Origin: a virus
Taxonomy: Duplodnaviria > Caudoviricetes
DNA length: 60,579 nt
IMG/VR virus record: IMGVR_UViG_3300026269_000197
Coordinates: 1 to 60,579 of that record
Strand: one strand, 5' to 3'
Below the pieces are notes generated by a model, which saw nothing but the letters and a program-made list of their open reading frames with translations, was not told where the DNA came from and made no database searches. Made by a program: the position numbers and the translations under genes. Shown here piece by piece: positions 58,033 to 60,579 of this stretch (its first letter is position 1; every line of letters begins with the position of its first letter).

Positions 58033-59659
58033 TGACGCATATTTAGGAAATCCAAATCTTAAAAAATCAGGTACTAAAACCGAGTTTACGGAAGAACAAG
58101 TAAATGAGTTTCAAAAATGTTCTGAAGATCCAATCTATTTTATTAAAAATTATGTAAAGATTGTATCGCTTGATGAAGGTTTGGTTCCTTTCAACACTTA
58201 TAAGTTCCAAGATAAGATGATTGAGACTATGCACAACGAAAGGTTTTCAATCTACAAACTACCTAGACAAAGTGGTAAATCTACAACTATTATATCTTAC
58301 TTATTACATTACGCATTATTTAATCCCAATTCAAGTATAGCTATTCTTGCTAATAAATCTTCAACTGCTAGAGATATATTAGGAAGATTACAACTTGCTT
58401 ATGAAAACTTACCAAAGTGGTTACAACAAGGTGTTATCAATTGGAACAAAGGTAATATAGAATTAGAGAATGGAAGTAAACTAGTGGCGGCCGCAACTTC
58501 TTCAAGTGCTGTCCGAGGTGGTTCATATAATATAATATTCCTTGACGAGTTTGCTTTCGTACCTACTACTATTGCCGAACAATTTTTTAGTTCTGTTTAT
58601 CCTACAATTACTTCTGGTAAATCAACTAAAGTAATTATAGTCTCAACTCCCCACGGAATGAATCAGTTTTATAAATTATGGATAGACGCTGAGAATGGAC
58701 AAAATGATTATGTACCAATTGAAGTACATTGGTCAGAAGTACCAGGTAGAGACAATAAGTGGAAAGAAGAAACAATTAGAAATACATCGGAAGCACAATT
58801 TGCTAGTGAGTTTGAGTGTGAATTTTTAGGTAGTATAGATACATTAATTTCAGCTGCCAAAATAAAAGCGACACCGTATATAACACCATTACAAACAAAT
58901 GGCAGATTAAGTGTCTTTGAAAAACCTATTAAAGGAAACACATATCTATGTACGGTTGATGTTGCCCGAGGTTCTTTAAAAGATTATTCAGCATTTATTG
59001 TTTATGATGTAACCAACTTACCTTATAGAATAGTTGCGACATTTAGAGACAATGAAATTAAACCTATGTTGTTTCCTGAAATGATTTCTAAAGTATGTAT
59101 GAAATATGAACAGGCACATATACTTGTTGAAGTAAATGATATAGGCGCTCAAATTTCAGATGGTTTACATTTTGAAATTGAGTATCCAAATGTATTAATG
59201 ACTACACAAAAAGGTCGTGCTGGTCAAATACTTGGTGCGATGTTCAGTCAAAGAGGTTCACAATTAGGTGTTCGTATGACAAAACAGGTAAAGAAAATGG
59301 GTACTGCTAATATCAAATCAATTATAGAGAGTGATAAACTGATTATAAATGACTTTAATATTATAACAGAAATGTCCACTTATACCCGAAAAAATCAATC
59401 TTGGCAGGCAGAAGAAGGTTGCAATGATGACTATATGTCTTGTTTAGTAATACTTGGTTGGGTTGCAAACCAAAGGTTTTTTAAAGAATTAACAGATAGA
59501 AATATAAGAGCAGAAATGTACAAAGAACAAGAGAAGCTAATAGAACAAGATATGGCACCTTTTGGATTTGTAGATGATGGCATAACAAAAGAAGAAGATA
59601 AGCCGACCGTAGATGAATATGGAACGGTTTGGCATCCCGTAGTACGCAAAGGACAATAG
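58025..59659 (+). CDS. gp17: terminase large subunit gp17
   Basis: YLGNPNLK, PRQSGKST (Walker A), IFLDEFAF (Walker B), STPHG, DVARG, DDYMS. Confidence 0.96.
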   Translation: MINDAYLGNPNLKKSGTKTEFTEEQVNEFQKCSEDPIYFIKNYVKIVSLDEGLVPFNTYKFQDKMIETMHNERFSIYKLPRQSGKSTTIISYLLHYALFNPNSSIAILANKSSTARDILGRLQLAYENLPKWLQQGVINWNKGNIELENGSKLVAAATSSSAVRGGSYNIIFLDEFAFVPTTIAEQFFSSVYPTITSGKSTKVIIVSTPHGMNQFYKLWIDAENGQNDYVPIEVHWSEVPGRDNKWKEETIRNTSEAQFASEFECEFLGSIDTLISAAKIKATPYITPLQTNGRLSVFEKPIKGNTYLCTVDVARGSLKDYSAFIVYDVTNLPYRIVATFRDNEIKPMLFPEMISKVCMKYEQAHILVEVNDIGAQISDGLHFEIEYPNVLMTTQKGRAGQILGAMFSQRGSQLGVRMTKQVKKMGTANIKSIIESDKLIINDFNIITEMSTYTRKNQSWQAEEGCNDDYMSCLVILGWVANQRFFKELTDRNIRAEMYKEQEKLIEQDMAPFGFVDDGITKEEDKPTVDEYGTVWHPVVRKGQ

Positions 59660-59749
59660 TATAAATTTGATTAATCATAAATATAAGCGATTGAGAAATT
59701 TGAATATGGGCGTATGAATAATACGAGTTTTGAACAACAAAGTAAATTA

Positions 59750-59769
59750 TGTATTTAAATTTAAATACA
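59750..59769. repeat. perfect 20-bp palindrome in the gp18 leader
   Basis: TGTATTTAAATTTAAATACA equals its own reverse complement. Confidence 0.8.
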
Positions 59770-59802
59770 AGAAATAAAATATAATAAAGAGGAGAAAACC
59801 TA

Positions 59803-60579
59803 ATGGCATTTCAAGTATCACCAGGAGTTCTCGTACAGGAAAAGGATTTAACTAACATAATCCCAGCTGTCTCAACAAGTATTGGAGCATATGCTATCAA
59901 TGCAAGTAGAGGTCCAGTTTCAGAAGTTACCTTAATATCTTCTGAGCAAGATTTTGTAAGTACATTTGGAAAACCGACACAAAGTAATTTTGAGGAGTAT
60001 TTTACTGCTTCATCATTCCTTCAGTATTCCAATGCCTTAAAAGTTGTACGGACTGAAAATACTGGTATAAAAAACGCTGTGACCAACTCGGGAACAGCAC
60101 TATTGATTCGTAATACGGATCATTACAGCTCAACATACCTAGCTGACGGTGCATATACAGGAATCTCTGGAATAGAGTTTGCTGCTAAATGGGCAGGCGC
60201 TTGGGGTAACGGATTAAAAGTATCTGTTTGTCCTTCAGCGAGTGCTTATGAAACAGAAGCGGTTACAACCGTATCTGATTCAGCAATAGCATTAAACGAT
60301 ACAACAATAACGGTAGCAAGTGGAACCAACATAGGTGTTGGTGACATTATATCTTTTTCATCTACGGCAGGAACTAACGACTATGATGACGGCCTAGAAT
60401 ACGAAGTAACCGATGTTTCATCTAACGACTTAACATTTAAGAAAAAAGTAGGTACTGGCGGACTAGGAACAATCTGTCCGAACGGTGCTAATGTAAGACG
60501 AAGATGGCAATATTACGATTTCGTAAGTGGAGCACCTGGAACATCTCCAGATGTTGCTTCTGCAGGAAGAAGTAATGAC
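59803..60579 (+). CDS. gp18: tail sheath protein gp18 (runs off window end)
   Basis: Hand-translated MAFQVSPGVLVQEKDLT...GPV...FGKP...ASSFLQY.NAL.VVR; GAGGAG RBS; follows gp17. Absent from the ORF track because there is no stop in the window. Confidence 0.93.
   Translation, partial: MAFQVSPGVLVQEKDLTNIIPAVSTSIGAYAINASRGPVSEVTLISSEQDFVSTFGKPTQSNFEEYFTASSFLQYSNALKVVRTENTGIKNAVTNSGTALLIRNTDHYSSTYLADGAYTGISGIEFAAKWAGAWGNGLKVSVCPSASAYETEAVTTVSDSAIALNDTTITVASGTNIGVGDIISFSSTAGTNDYDDGLEYEVTDVSSNDLTFKKKVGTGGLGTICPNGANVRRRWQYYDFVSGAPGTSPDVASAGRSND

Noticed and set aside
58025-59659. Intein or intron in the terminase or other core genes
   Set aside because: gp13-gp17 have ordinary lengths and continuous motifs, and no homing endonuclease ORF was seen.
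7909-59678. Many minus-strand or out-of-frame ORFs inside long structural genes (e.g. 19104..19541, 34804..35226, 38096..38626, 55850..56107)
   Set aside because: They are antisense shadows of biased-codon genes, with no RBS or recognisable motifs, and are fully nested in well-supported CDSs.

Overview
AT-rich segment of a marine T4-like myovirus genome. The host is most likely an alphaproteobacterium such as SAR11, inferred from a C4-pathway ALA synthase and alphaproteobacterial-type LexA-box-like motifs. The window covers the virion module: PAAR, gp25, gp6, gp7, a gp9/10-like protein, gp8, a VrlC-like protein, many fibre and RCC1-repeat proteins, gp13-gp17 and the start of gp18. T4 late promoters (TATAAATA) punctuate it. 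Three accessory blocks are embedded. (1) At 1.4-4.6 kb: thioredoxin, a Zn-type HemB, IscA, a 2OG-Fe(II) oxygenase and NfuA. (2) At 22.5-32.6 kb: a tightly overlapping cluster of four radical SAM/SPASM-like enzymes, two 2OG-Fe(II) oxygenases, a cupin, a glycosyltransferase-like protein and unknown ORFs. These surround a 257-aa protein that carries a baseplate-type repeat and ends in CHSS-CHSS-CHGS-RSRR. This is the best candidate for an undescribed system: RiPP-like post-translational modification of a virion protein. (3) At 50.6-54 kb: a degenerate heme-oxygenase paralog, heme oxygenase, a PcyX/PcyA-type bilin reductase and ALA synthase. Codon-level avoidance of several motifs (CATG, ACWGT, WGATCW, WGTNACW, WGATGC) runs through the phage body but not the first ~640 bp, which look foreign. 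No tRNA, rRNA or CRISPR array was seen. All family calls come from motif recognition by eye, not from database searches.
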